Positions 12,076-22,573 of a stretch of 64,000 bases of DNA are shown piece by piece. Origin of the DNA: Mobula hypostoma (taxonomy: Eukaryota); assembly GCF_963921235.1 (NCBI RefSeq), contig NC_086097.1:92816001-92880000 (forward strand). The letters run 5' to 3'. Positions within the stretch are counted from its first letter, which is position 1; the number at the start of each line of letters is the position of its first letter. The notes under the pieces were generated by a model. It was not told the DNA's origin. It was given only the letters and a program-made list of their open reading frames with translations, and searched no databases. A program made the translations under genes and the position numbers.

Positions 12076-13292
12076 TGTCACAAGTGCGGAGCACGGGTGG
12101 ACCCAAATGCAGGACACAAACACGTTTTGTAGCGGTAACAAAAATAGAGTTTATTAATAGTTACTAGGAAAGCAAGGAAGCAAGGATTGTACAGAGAGAC
12201 ATCAAGGAGTGAATGATGCGGAAGCAGGAATATGCATGACTGGAGCTGGGCTCAGACCCTGGACTTAGACTGGGACTCAGGGCCTGGGCTTGGCCTGGGA
12301 CTCGGGACACGGACTTGGACTTGGCCTAGGCTTGGCCTGGGACTTGGGACCCAGACTTGGATCTTGGAACATCAGGGCCTGGACTTGGAACTCGGAACAT
12401 CGGAGCCTGACTTGGAACTCGGAACTTCAGAGCCTGGACTTGGAACTCAGAACATCGAAACACAGAGCTGGGACTCTTCCTTGGACACAGGACACAGAGC
12501 CTGGACTCTTCTTGGACACAAGACACAGAGCCGGGACTCTTCTTGGACAAGGACACAGAACACAGAACACGAAGAGATGGTTCCCCACTCAGGGTAGCAG
12601 CAAACAGCCGGACCTACCCAGCGGAGACAAGGACACAAAGAGACAGTTCCCAACTCAGGGTAGTGGCAAATGGCTGGACCTACCCAGCAGAGGCGAGGAC
12701 ACAAAGATACAGTTCCCAACTCAGAGTAGTGCAAACAGCCGGACCTACCAGGCAGAGGCGAGGACACAAAGAGACAAAACCACACAACGATAACCAGTTC
12801 TTTATCTTGGGAAGAAGTGGCTCCAAGTAGTGGCGAGCTCTCGACTCGGCCCTGGAACTACAGACAGCAGCTCTAAACTCACTCTGGTAGGTTAACTTGA
12901 CGGACCCGCTCCGGCAAGGTAGCATAGCGGGCTCGCTCAGGCGCGGTATCTTGACAGGCTGGCTCCAGTGAGGAGAGGCGACTTACTGGCACTCGCTTCG
13001 GGGAGAAGACTTTACTTGCTCCAGCGATGTGACTTAGCTCGCTCCAGCAAGGCAACTTGCTCGCACTTGCTTCGGTGACGTGAGGTGACATCAGGTGACG
13101 GTCTAGCGCCGAGCAGCTGTAAGCCCGACACTATATACTGACCATTCAGCTGAGAATCAAGTGCCTTTAATTACAGAGCCCAAGAAACACAGGGAAACAA
13201 TGAATTAAAGGAAAACAAGGAGTCAACGGTCCCAATTGTGACACAAAGGAAATTTAAAGGGAACGAGGGAATAACCGATCAGGGCCGTGACA
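12076..13292 (-). mobile_element. Solo LTR (probably Gypsy-type), 1217 bp
   Basis: Ends TGTCAC...GTGACA with a perfect 4-bp TSD TGAT (12072-12075, 13293-13296). On the minus strand a TATA-like site lies near 13132-13138 and AATAAA near 12150-12155. Internal tandem repeats present. Confidence 0.88.
12240..12775. repeat. Tandem repeats inside the LTR: hexamer-based (CTTGGA/CCTGGG/ACTCGG), 21- and 29-bp units, and about 61-bp x3
   Basis: ggacctacccagc...ggacacaaaga..cagttcccaactcag repeats three times at about 12600-12775. Short-period repeats occupy 12240-12570. Confidence 0.85.
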
Positions 13293-14874
13293 TGATGAGC
13301 ATCTTCTGCTGACTGTGATCTGCTGGCCACTGCAAGCTTCAAGGTGGTGAGGAGCCATCTTCTTGCACCGAGGACACAGTCACTGGCCATAATTTGAGTT
13401 CTTCTTTGATGATAATACAACAACAGTGCAGGACATCTTGGCACTGAGACACCATCCTGCAGCGACTGAGGCACCTCTGAGGTTCCTATCCTTCCCCTGT
13501 GTTTGCACTTCGATACCATCCTGCAGTGACTGAGGTACCTTTGAGATTGCCCTCCTTTCCCTGTGTGTTAGAGGTCATGCTGTTTCAAATGTTGTGAGGA
13601 AGACTTGCAAGTTGCCACCATCTATTTCATAGATCACCCCGCGTAGTGCACTAAGAGTGGAGTGTACTGAACGTGCAGGATAGTTGATGCCGATGACAAT
13701 GAAATTGATCCCTTTGATCTCAGTGAATTTCTTCCTTATGATTGGAATTGTAATCATCAAGAAAACCGAGCCCTCGATCTGCTATCCTACCTTGATGCTG
13801 AGATAAGGCTGAGTATCCCCTTGCTATAGGATACCAGTCTCCGATGAACTCCTGCAGCCACAGTAAATAGTTACTTTGTCCTGGTTAGTTTTTAGTCAGT
13901 TGTTGCAAGGCGGATGATGAATTAGAGGTCTGGTAATGCTGTTGGGCACCAAGGAGAAATCGACTACAGCCTTAGTTCAGCTCAGGGACAATTAAACCTT
14001 GTGGAGCAGCGGGCTGAATGGGCTCGTCATCTCATACTCAAACTGGAGACAATGATAATTCTGGTGATAACAAGTAACCCTTAAAACAGCCATATTCGAG
14101 TGATGTGACACCTGCTACAGAAAACTAAGAAGCTTCTAGAAAATTACAGAAGTAACTGTATCGTAACTGCTAGAAAATTCACTGAACAAATATAATGCAT
14201 ATAGATGATTATATAAAAATACAAGCAAATGTAGGAAAATTAAACTGCAAGGAAAATACAAGAAAAATAACAATTCTACACCAACAGGTTACACATGGCC
14301 TGAAGAGTTTTATGCATTCCCATCCTCAAGTATCTATGCTTGCTGCTGTTGAGATTCCCAGAATCCTGGCAAGGACTCATTTCGTCACATTTGTGTGACA
14401 TGAATATAACTTTCTACTCGTCAGCCGAAGTTATACAGGTAATGCAGTGCACTGTGCCACTTCCCACTGTGATTCTGGTGGTATGGGGTCCACGGCTGAA
14501 CCGAAGCCCAGTCAACTGTGGTTGAATACATTCAGAGGCTTTTTCATTGCTGCCTTCTGCTTTATATATCCTCCTGTGCATCTTCCTTCTCCTCTCCTAA
14601 CCCCTGTGCTGTGGCAGATCAAGGAGGAAAAGTAGACAATCTTGCCAGGAGAATATGGAAAAAGGCCCCCAGAACAGTCCACCTTCTCCTAGTGAACCGA
14701 ATTGTTTCTTACAGAGTTCTTGGTTTGTGCTTTTGACAGTGCTTCAAGATTCTGGAGTCAGAGGTCAGGGATTCAGAGCATAGTTCCTGTTCCCGAGGCC
14801 TACCTATTGTTTCAGTACAGTGGCCGAATGAAGTGGTGGCTTCCAAATGAACCAGACCTGTCAGTTCCCTATGT

Positions 14875-14922
14875 CAGTGTTCCCCAAACTCCGGGCCGTG
14901 GCCCGGAGGTTGGGGACCACTG
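14875..14922. mobile_element. 48-bp palindromic hAT-type mini-MITE
   Basis: CAGTGTTCCCCAAACTCCGGGCC-GT-GGCCCGGAGGTTGGGGACCACTG (arms match 21/23). Perfect 8-bp TSD CCCTATGT at 14867-14874 and 14923-14930. Confidence 0.9.
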
Positions 14923-15836
14923 CCCTATGTGCATACCATTAGCTGTCATGTTCTTTGCTTGTTGCTGTTAAGCTGCAAATTCATTCAGTGATAGGCCTTT
15001 AGGGTCAGGATTCCTTGGTGGGACTGACAGAGAAGTCCATCATACAGGTATCTCAAATCTCGTGGTCACCCACTCTCCCTGTAGCTCCTTGGTTCCTTCT
15101 ATCTTCAGCAATTTTCACTCTACTTTTCACCACACCTTCCCTTGCAGCCTGAGCAAATGCAATGCCTGCCCTTCATTTCATTCCTCATCCACAAACCCAA
15201 ACATCCACTCCAAGTGAATCACTTTCATTATCTACTAGACCTCTTTACACAAGAAAATGGATCCCCTTCTCCTTGAGAGCATTCATGGAACTGCTTAAGC
15301 AAAAGGGGGGAATCATTTGAAGGTGGAAAACAGCAGCTCCTGACGAGACCCTGAGGTTAATAGTTTAAGGCCAATGTAACCTTCCATACTCTCTGCAGTG
15401 TGATCTAATAATGTGGTGATTTGTAGTCAAAAATGCAAGAAAATTGGGATCCAAGTTCGTTTAATTATCATTCAACCATACATGAATGCCTTTGAATACA
15501 GCCAAATGAAACAGCGTTACTCTGAGGCCAAAGTGCAAAATGGTCATACATAGCCCAAGGCACACGTAGCACATATAAGATAGCAGTAAAATACAGTTAC
15601 ACAAAAAAATAGTCCAAGTCCTTGAGTCCATGAGCGTTGCAGCAGTCTGCAGCCTGTTGTCAAACACAATACAGCTTGTCTTCTGCCAAGCAAACAGTAG
15701 GGGGCAGCACTGACTCCAGCATGGACACTGGACCCCACTACCTCCAGCTCTCCACTGGAGCACACTGACTCCAATGCCTCCAGCTCTAGTCCTTCCCCAC
15801 ATGCCTGTCAGTAAACCAATGAATCAGACTTGTAGC

Positions 15837-16156
15837 AAAGTAAGTAAAGGCATCCATTAGTCTTGCGAGACCATGGACCTGCGCCTGGAAAGTCTTCACT
15901 CTCCAGGGTGCAGGCCTGGGCAAGGTTGTATGGAAGACCAGCAGTTGCCCATGCTGAAAGTCTCCCCTCTCCATGACACCAATGTTGTCCAAGAGAAGGG
16001 CATTAGGACCCATACAGCTTGGCACCAGTATCGTCACAGAGCAATGTGTGATTAAGTGCCTTGCTCAAGGACACAACACTTTGTCTCGGCTGGGGCTCGA
16101 ACTCACGACCTTCAGGTCGCTAGTCCAATGCCTTAACTACTTGGCCATGTGCCCAC
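15837..16156 (-). mobile_element. tRNA-derived CORE-type SINE
   Basis: Minus strand has an A box (TGGCCAAGTAG), a B box (GAGTTCGAGCC), a CORE-like tgtgtccttgagcaaggcacttaa segment, and a short tandem tail tttacttacttt. Confidence 0.8.
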
Positions 16157-17842
16157 ACAGCATTCCACATTATTAATGTCCAATGGACTTGTAGCATTCC
16201 ACATTAATAATGTCCAACAGAGTCTCGCGATCACAAGAGAAGTGACTAAGATGATCACTCGCTGTTAAACTGTATACAGCCTTCACACACCAACACCTCC
16301 AATGCCTCTCTGACATAGGTAGCAGCATGATCTACACCAAGTCCTGCTCCTTCAGTTTCTTACCCAATGAGCAACTTGCTGATGGAGTAGACCTGCACTT
16401 CTTTAAGTTCTTAATGTCCAGCAGGGTCTCGCGATCGTTAAAAGATGTTTAAAAAAGACAATAACACCTCTGATTAGCCCTTCAGAAGCTGCTGCATCTG
16501 AGCACACCGCCATCTTAACAGAAGATGCAGGTCAATATCTAGGCAAATTGCCAGGTAAGCAAGAGCTTGGTCAAAGCTTGGTCCTAACTGCATGACATGA
16601 CATAAGCATGCCATCTGTCATGTCGTGCAGATAGGAGACAGAAAGAAGTCAAGATTTTTGGAGGATATTCCAAATTTTACGTCTGTGAAAGCCGAAAATG
16701 GAGAAACTCCTAAGGTGATCTGAACCAATACACACTGTTTCACTATCAGTGATGGGTGCAGGTATAGCAACCTCTGTTATTACACGGGTCTGGTGAACTA
16801 ACTCCTATTCTCTTCTTGTCTGTCTCCACCAATCATGCACCTACCCCCCCTCCCAAATCCACCTGTCTGCACCCAACTCAATCTGTCCATCATTCTTCTC
16901 CTGTCCTTAGTCCACCAAACCCCTACTAGACCCCTTCTCACCACCCCCACTGTCTGATTTATATTAACCATCTTCCCTCTCTTCTCTTGGTCCTGATGCA
17001 AGGTTTTGGCCTATAATATCAACCGTTCTTTTGCCCCCACAGATGCTGCAAAAAATCTGCTGAGGCCCTCCAGAAGATTGTTTATTTCAAGAGGTCATCG
17101 ATGTTACGCTCTCAAGTAGAGGACACTTTTGTGACATAAATACAAGATTTCATTGGTCCAGGACTAACTAAGTTCACAGTTAGGACAAAAAGCCATCTAG
17201 CATCGCCAGCCTGCTATGACTTCACAGCAGTCAAAGATTTACAATAGTCTCACTCTAAGGAGCCCAGATCTTTTTTCATGATACTGCAAAGTCAACATAA
17301 ATGACCATCGTGGAATAACTGATATTGTTCTTTTTAATACAGTATATGTGAGGCTATAAGTACTCTGCAGATATGGCAAGCTGAAACTGATTTCATTCCC
17401 TTGGAGGTTGTCATTTTCTGTCTTTCCAAACAGTTTTCCTATTAAATGTCCAAAATTGAAATAGATCAATGAGAGAAAATCTTTATCAGTAAATTTTCAG
17501 TTCAGTCCAGAAATATGTTTCAGCACATGGTACTGGCAGAAGCACTCTTCTCACATGGTTGATAAAACTTGGCCTTGTCACAGAAAGTAGAACTTCAAAT
17601 ATTTAAGGTGCAACACAAGAAAAAGGTAGTTTATCCAGCTTGAGAATTCGCATCTCTGTGTATAACGATATAATTAAAGCCAGGAGTCACACCAAGTGTA
17701 CTTTTCCTTCCAAAGTGAACACTTCAAGTTCTCAGCCCCAAAATGCTTGAGGTTAAATGGAGCTGTTAATTCTTAGAGTGATAGGTTTTTAGTGAATGGG
17801 GTTTTAAGGTGTGTCAGAATAAATATACTTAGAGAAAATTCT

Positions 17843-17975
17843 TGAGGAACTCAGGAGTCCTGATGAAGTGTCTTGGCCCGAAACATCGGCTCTTCATTCC
17901 TCTCCATAGATGCTGCCTAACCTGTACAGTTCCTCCAGCATTTTGTTACATCCAGTTACTCCGGATTTCCAGCAA
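17843..17975 (+). mobile_element. Penelope-like 3' end with hammerhead ribozyme core
   Basis: agtc-CTGATGA(17860-17866)-agtgtcttggccc-GAAAC(17880-17884)-atc-ggct, followed by the usual gatgctgcc...cctccagcattttg end. Confidence 0.75.
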
Positions 17976-19396
17976 AGACATAGTATAAAGTCAATGTAGC
18001 TATTATCCATTTGAATCACAGAAATGGTATGAGGGGCTAAATGGTTCTTTCCTGGTCTATAAGACCATAAGACATAAGAGCAGAATTAGGCCACTCAGCC
18101 CATCGAGTCTGCTCTGCCATCCCACCGTGGGTGATTTATTATCCCTTTCAACTCCATTCTCCTGTCTTAGAAACATAGCACACTTCAGGCCCTTTGGCCC
18201 ACAATGTTGTGCCAACCGTGTAACCTACTCTAGAAGCTGCCTAGAATTTCCCTACCGCATAGCCCTCTATTTTTCTAAGCTCCATGTACCTATCTAAGAG
18301 TCTCTTAAAAGACCCTATTGTATCTGCCTCTACCACCGTCGCTGGCAGTGCATTCCACGCACCCACCATCTTCTCCCCATAACCTTTGATGCCCTGACTA
18401 TGCTCCTGTGTAACCATATTCCATAGAGTGCAACCAAAAGTAGAACTGGCACTCCGAGTTCAATGGGAGAAAATTCCATGAGGCATGCACGTGCAAATTT
18501 AAGCTTGAAACAACTCAATCTGGTGAAGCATAAGAGCATTTGGAGACCAATCACAAGCAAAGCAGAAAAGACGGGAGGATTATTTCTAACCTTGATGCAT
18601 TGTAGGTGGTTAATAGTGGCAATGTAACATTTATTGTCCATTCTTCATTACCCCTAAACCAAGGAGGCAATTACATTGATAGATTCATAGTTGCATACAG
18701 CCCAGACTGGGTAAAGGTAGTGGATTTCCTTCCCTGGAGGGCAAATAGCAGCTAGATGGGGCTTTAATATTGATCCTGTAGTTTCATATCTCATTATCTT
18801 TGTATTCAGGTTGACTATATTGTAGAACCTAGCATAGTACAGTACAGTACAGTACAGGAATAGGCCATCCGGCCCACATGTCTGTTCAGACCAAAGCAAA
18901 ACCCATCCAGCTGCATATGATCCATTTTCTTCTATTTTCCTTATAACTGTAACATTTTATTCCACATTCTGTTATTGTTTTCCATGGCACTACCTCAGTA
19001 CACTGCTGTGGGTGAATGGATGATCTGCAAAATGAAATTTGTCACTGATCCTCAGTACATATGATGACAATAAACAATTCCAACATTCCTGTGCCTATCG
19101 AAATGCCTCGTGTTTGCCTCTGCCACCTCCCCAGGCAGCATGTTCCAAGTACCTACAACTCTTTGTGTATAGAAAAAAAACTTTACCTCTCACCTTAAAT
19201 GGATGTCCTTGTATGTGATATTTCTACCCCGGAAACAAAGAATTTGACTATCGAGCCTAACCATACCTCTCAGAATTTTATAAACCTCTATCAATTGAAT
19301 TTAAATTTTCAGCAGCCATGATGGGATTTGAACTATCTCTAGGTAAGTAATCAGGCATACGGCTGCGAGTCTAATAACCACTGTACCACTGTGCCA

Positions 19397-19780
19397 GGGT
19401 GGAGATCTGTCTCTACCAAAGGAGGTGTAAGGTGTCCCTTCTCTCTGCTAGTCTGCAGGCCACCCTTGGGCAAGGTGTAGCACCTGCTTTGTCCCCCTCC
19501 GCTCCCCACCACCCCAATCAGGGTCACGTGAAGTCATGGGAGCAGGTGGTGGATGGTCGTTCGAGTAGCTGGTGCATATCACAAGTCCTGGTTGTGCAGC
19601 CACTAACGCGAGGCAGACAATCTCTGAAGAATATTGATAATGGCCGGAGCCACCTGTCTTGTAAAGACACTGCCCAGAAGAAGGCAATAACAAACAACTT
19701 CTGTAGAAAAATTTGCCAAGAACAATCACGATCAATAGACCACGATTGCCCATGTCTTATGATACGGCACATAATGATTG
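19397..19780 (+). mobile_element. Non-autonomous RTE-type repeat, near full-length copy
   Basis: Starts ggtggaga..tctctaccaaaggaggtgtaagg, contains gaagaaggcaat, ends cacataatgat. Same family as four other copies in the window. Confidence 0.8.
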
Positions 19781-21234
19781 ACCACTGTCCCCTGTGAGAT
19801 GGAGCAGAAAAATCAATAGTAATTAATTCTCTGCCATTTAGTGCTGCAAGCAGAGGTTGTACAAACCAGGGTTGTTTTCTCAGGGGGACCGAAGGCTGAT
19901 GGGAGAGCTAAAGTTTATACATTTATTTGATGCCGAGATAAACGGCCAATATCTTTTTCCCAGGGTTGAAAAGTCCAATACTAGAAGTGTACTTAAGATG
20001 AGAGGGGAAAGTTCAAAGGAGATATGCAGGCAAGTTTCTTTTTACATAGAGAGTGGTGGTGCGTGGAATGTGCTGCCAGAGTTGGTGCTGGAGACAGGTA
20101 AATAAGAGACACTTAAGAGGCCCTTAGATAATTGGATAAATATGCAGAGAATAGGGGGATATGGACTATGTGCATGCAGAAGGGACTAGTTTAGAGTCAC
20201 AATGTCATAGTTGGAAGCAGGCCAGTTGTCTCAAAGTGCCCATTGAATCTCATCCCATTTGCTACAGTGACTGGCCCATATCCCTCCAACTCTTTCTTAC
20301 GCACATACCTGCTCAAGTGAATCTTAAATGTTAATATGCGTGTCTCTGCCTCTTCCTCTGGCAGTTCTTTCCATATACAGACCACTCTTAGAGTGAAAAG
20401 GTTCCTATAACGTCTTACCCCTCTCACTATTTAATTGGGTGTCATTAGTTAATCGGTCTGGCATAACATCAAGGAACTGAACATGTGCTTGTGGCCATTC
20501 TATTTTCTTGTGGCCTAATTCTCAGCAAGGTGTCAATAACCACGACAAAGCGTTTCAAGTGTCTTGTTAAGTAGTTCGTCTGCTGGGAGATGAAGTTTAC
20601 CCAATGAGAGGTCCAACCCTTCAAAAACCATGGATCATTGTACTATACCCAGAGCTGGGGCATCACAAAAAGAAAATAAGAACAGACGTTAGCCTCCTAT
20701 ACCCCCTTTGTCAGGCCTTCCAAGGAAATAATCTTGTTTTAGCTGCACTAATTACTTCAGAATTTCTCGGTAAGAAATTAACAGCCAACAACTTGTGGAA
20801 GGTTCGACAACTGTGCTGCAAGCTGAGGTGATAGCCATACAATCCAACTGCACAAAGCCCAGCTGTTGGCCCTTACCTCCCTCCTCTGAGTCTGCAGCAT
20901 CACGGGCAGAAGCCAGCACACATTAGGTACACCAGCTACAAGTCTGTGGCTCCTATGAATCGCTGTGCAGCACCCAAACTGGGAAGAGTATTACTTCCTT
21001 TGAAAATAGGAGGATCTAATACCTGCATGGAACTGAGACAATCGGGAACACTTGGTGTGCATGGGCTCGGTAGGAGTATTGAAAGTGGCTGTGATCACTG
21101 TTGTAATGTGTACAAAGCCACGGGAGAGACACTGAACCTTTATTCAACAAAATGAGACAGTCTTGGAGGAAGAGGCTTCCCAACCCAATATTACATGGCA
21201 TTTTTATTTGCTAAGTATCAAAGGTAACAGCAGT

Positions 21235-21780
21235 AAACACAAAATAATCTGCAGATGCCGTAAAAGATCAAAGCAACACTTTCAGTACGCTGGATGAACT
21301 CAGCAGGTCGGGCAGCATCAGTCAGAAATGATGAGTCAACGTTTCAGGCCGGAACCCTTTGTCAGGACTGAAGAATGAAAGATGGGGAAGGATTTGAAGA
21401 ATGCTTGTAGCTTCAGTTGATAGACCAGTAATTTGAAAGACAAAAGGGTGGGGGAGGGGAAGCATTGCGGTCATAGCCCTGAAAACAATGGGTAGTAGAA
21501 GAAGGAGGCGAAACCATGAGGGAGCTGGGGGAGGGGTAGAGTGAAATAGGGATAGAGGAAGGGAGGGGGAGGGAATTACCGGAAGTTGGAGAATTCTATG
21601 TTCATACCAAGGGGCTGGAGACTACCTAGACCGTATATGAGGTGTTGCTCCTCCAACCTGAGTTTAGCCTCATCATGGCAGTAGAGGAGGCCATGTATGG
21701 ACATATCTGAATGGGAATGGGAAGCAGAGTTGAAGTGGGTGGCAACTGGGAGATCCTGTCTGTTGTGGCGGACAGACAGA
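21235..21780 (-). mobile_element. Penelope-like retroelement 3' end (GIY-YIG endonuclease C-terminus plus pLTR)
   Basis: ORF tail DLPVATHFNSASHSHSDMSIHGL...RLEEQHLIYGLGSLQPLGMNIEF is typical of Penelope endonuclease C-termini. It is followed by a pyrimidine-rich 3' UTR and cagtcctgacaaagggttccggcctgaaacgttgact. Confidence 0.88.
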
Positions 21781-22074
21781 CAGGTTATGGTTACAATACA
21801 ATGTATTGACAATGCTTCCTTTAAATTATATACGGTTTTCACACACCTCCTTCTTTGCACCCACACTCCAGACACCCAAAATGAATGTCAATCAGCATCG
21901 TCTGGTTTGCCATCAACTCCAGTGCCCAGCTCCAGGACAGCTTTTGTTCAGGGGCTGCATTTAAAATTCAATTCACAATCCACGTTCATGTCCGAAGATT
22001 GGTTGCTGGTGAAGAAAATATTTGCTGTATACCCTAATTCCAGAATATGCCCTAACAGTCACAAGATGAGACTT

Positions 22075-22275
22075 TTAAACTCAGCAGGCCAAGCAGCAGC
22101 TATAGAAAAGAGTAAAGAGTCAACATTTCCAAACAGTTTTGCAGTCCTGACAAAGGGTCTCGGCCCAAAACGTCGACTGTTTATTCCTTTCCATGGACGC
22201 TGCCTGACCTGCCGAGAGCCTCCAGCATTTTGTGTGTGTTGCTTTGGATTTCCAGCATCTGCAGAATTTCTTGTG
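22075..22275. mobile_element. Fold-back Penelope 3'-end element
   Basis: Arm actcagcaggccaagcagc plus a reverse-oriented arm containing agtcctgacaaagggtctcggcccaaaacgtcgact (22143-22178). Confidence 0.8.
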
Positions 22276-22573
22276 CTTATGAGATTTTTAAATATGCTTC
22301 TCTGGTTGTGGAACCAGCAGGTACAGATATGCTCAGTACCAACCACGATCAATTCAAGATGTTGCAATTCACTACCATCTTTCCTTCTCCCCATCCCACC
22401 CCCAACCCAACGCAATCACCACCATTTACACCAGACTCACTCACACAGTCAGCTAGGGCCACAAAGACATCAGCATCCATTTGGATCTTTAGTCTTGACT
22501 TGCCTGATGTCCCTTGAAAGCAGGCCACTTGAGACAAGATGCAGTGAGTTTGTCTTGGAATGGATATACAATA

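Noticed and set aside
12232..12830. Repetitive ORFs (GLGLGLG..., 121-167 aa)
   Set aside because: Translations of tandem repeats inside the solo LTR.
14570..14790. Good-looking + strand acceptor (cctaac...gtggcag at 14617)
   Set aside because: No reading frame with homology and no convincing in-phase donor; cannot be supported without transcript data.
16085..16156. tRNA-like sequence with A and B boxes (minus strand)
   Set aside because: It is the head of a SINE, continuing into CORE-like and tail regions; no complete acceptor stem or terminator.
19397..19560. HDV-like ribozyme at the 5' end of the RTE-type repeat
   Set aside because: Hairpins are present, but I could not assign the nested P1/P1.1/P2/P3 double pseudoknot or the conserved L3 and J4/2 residues.
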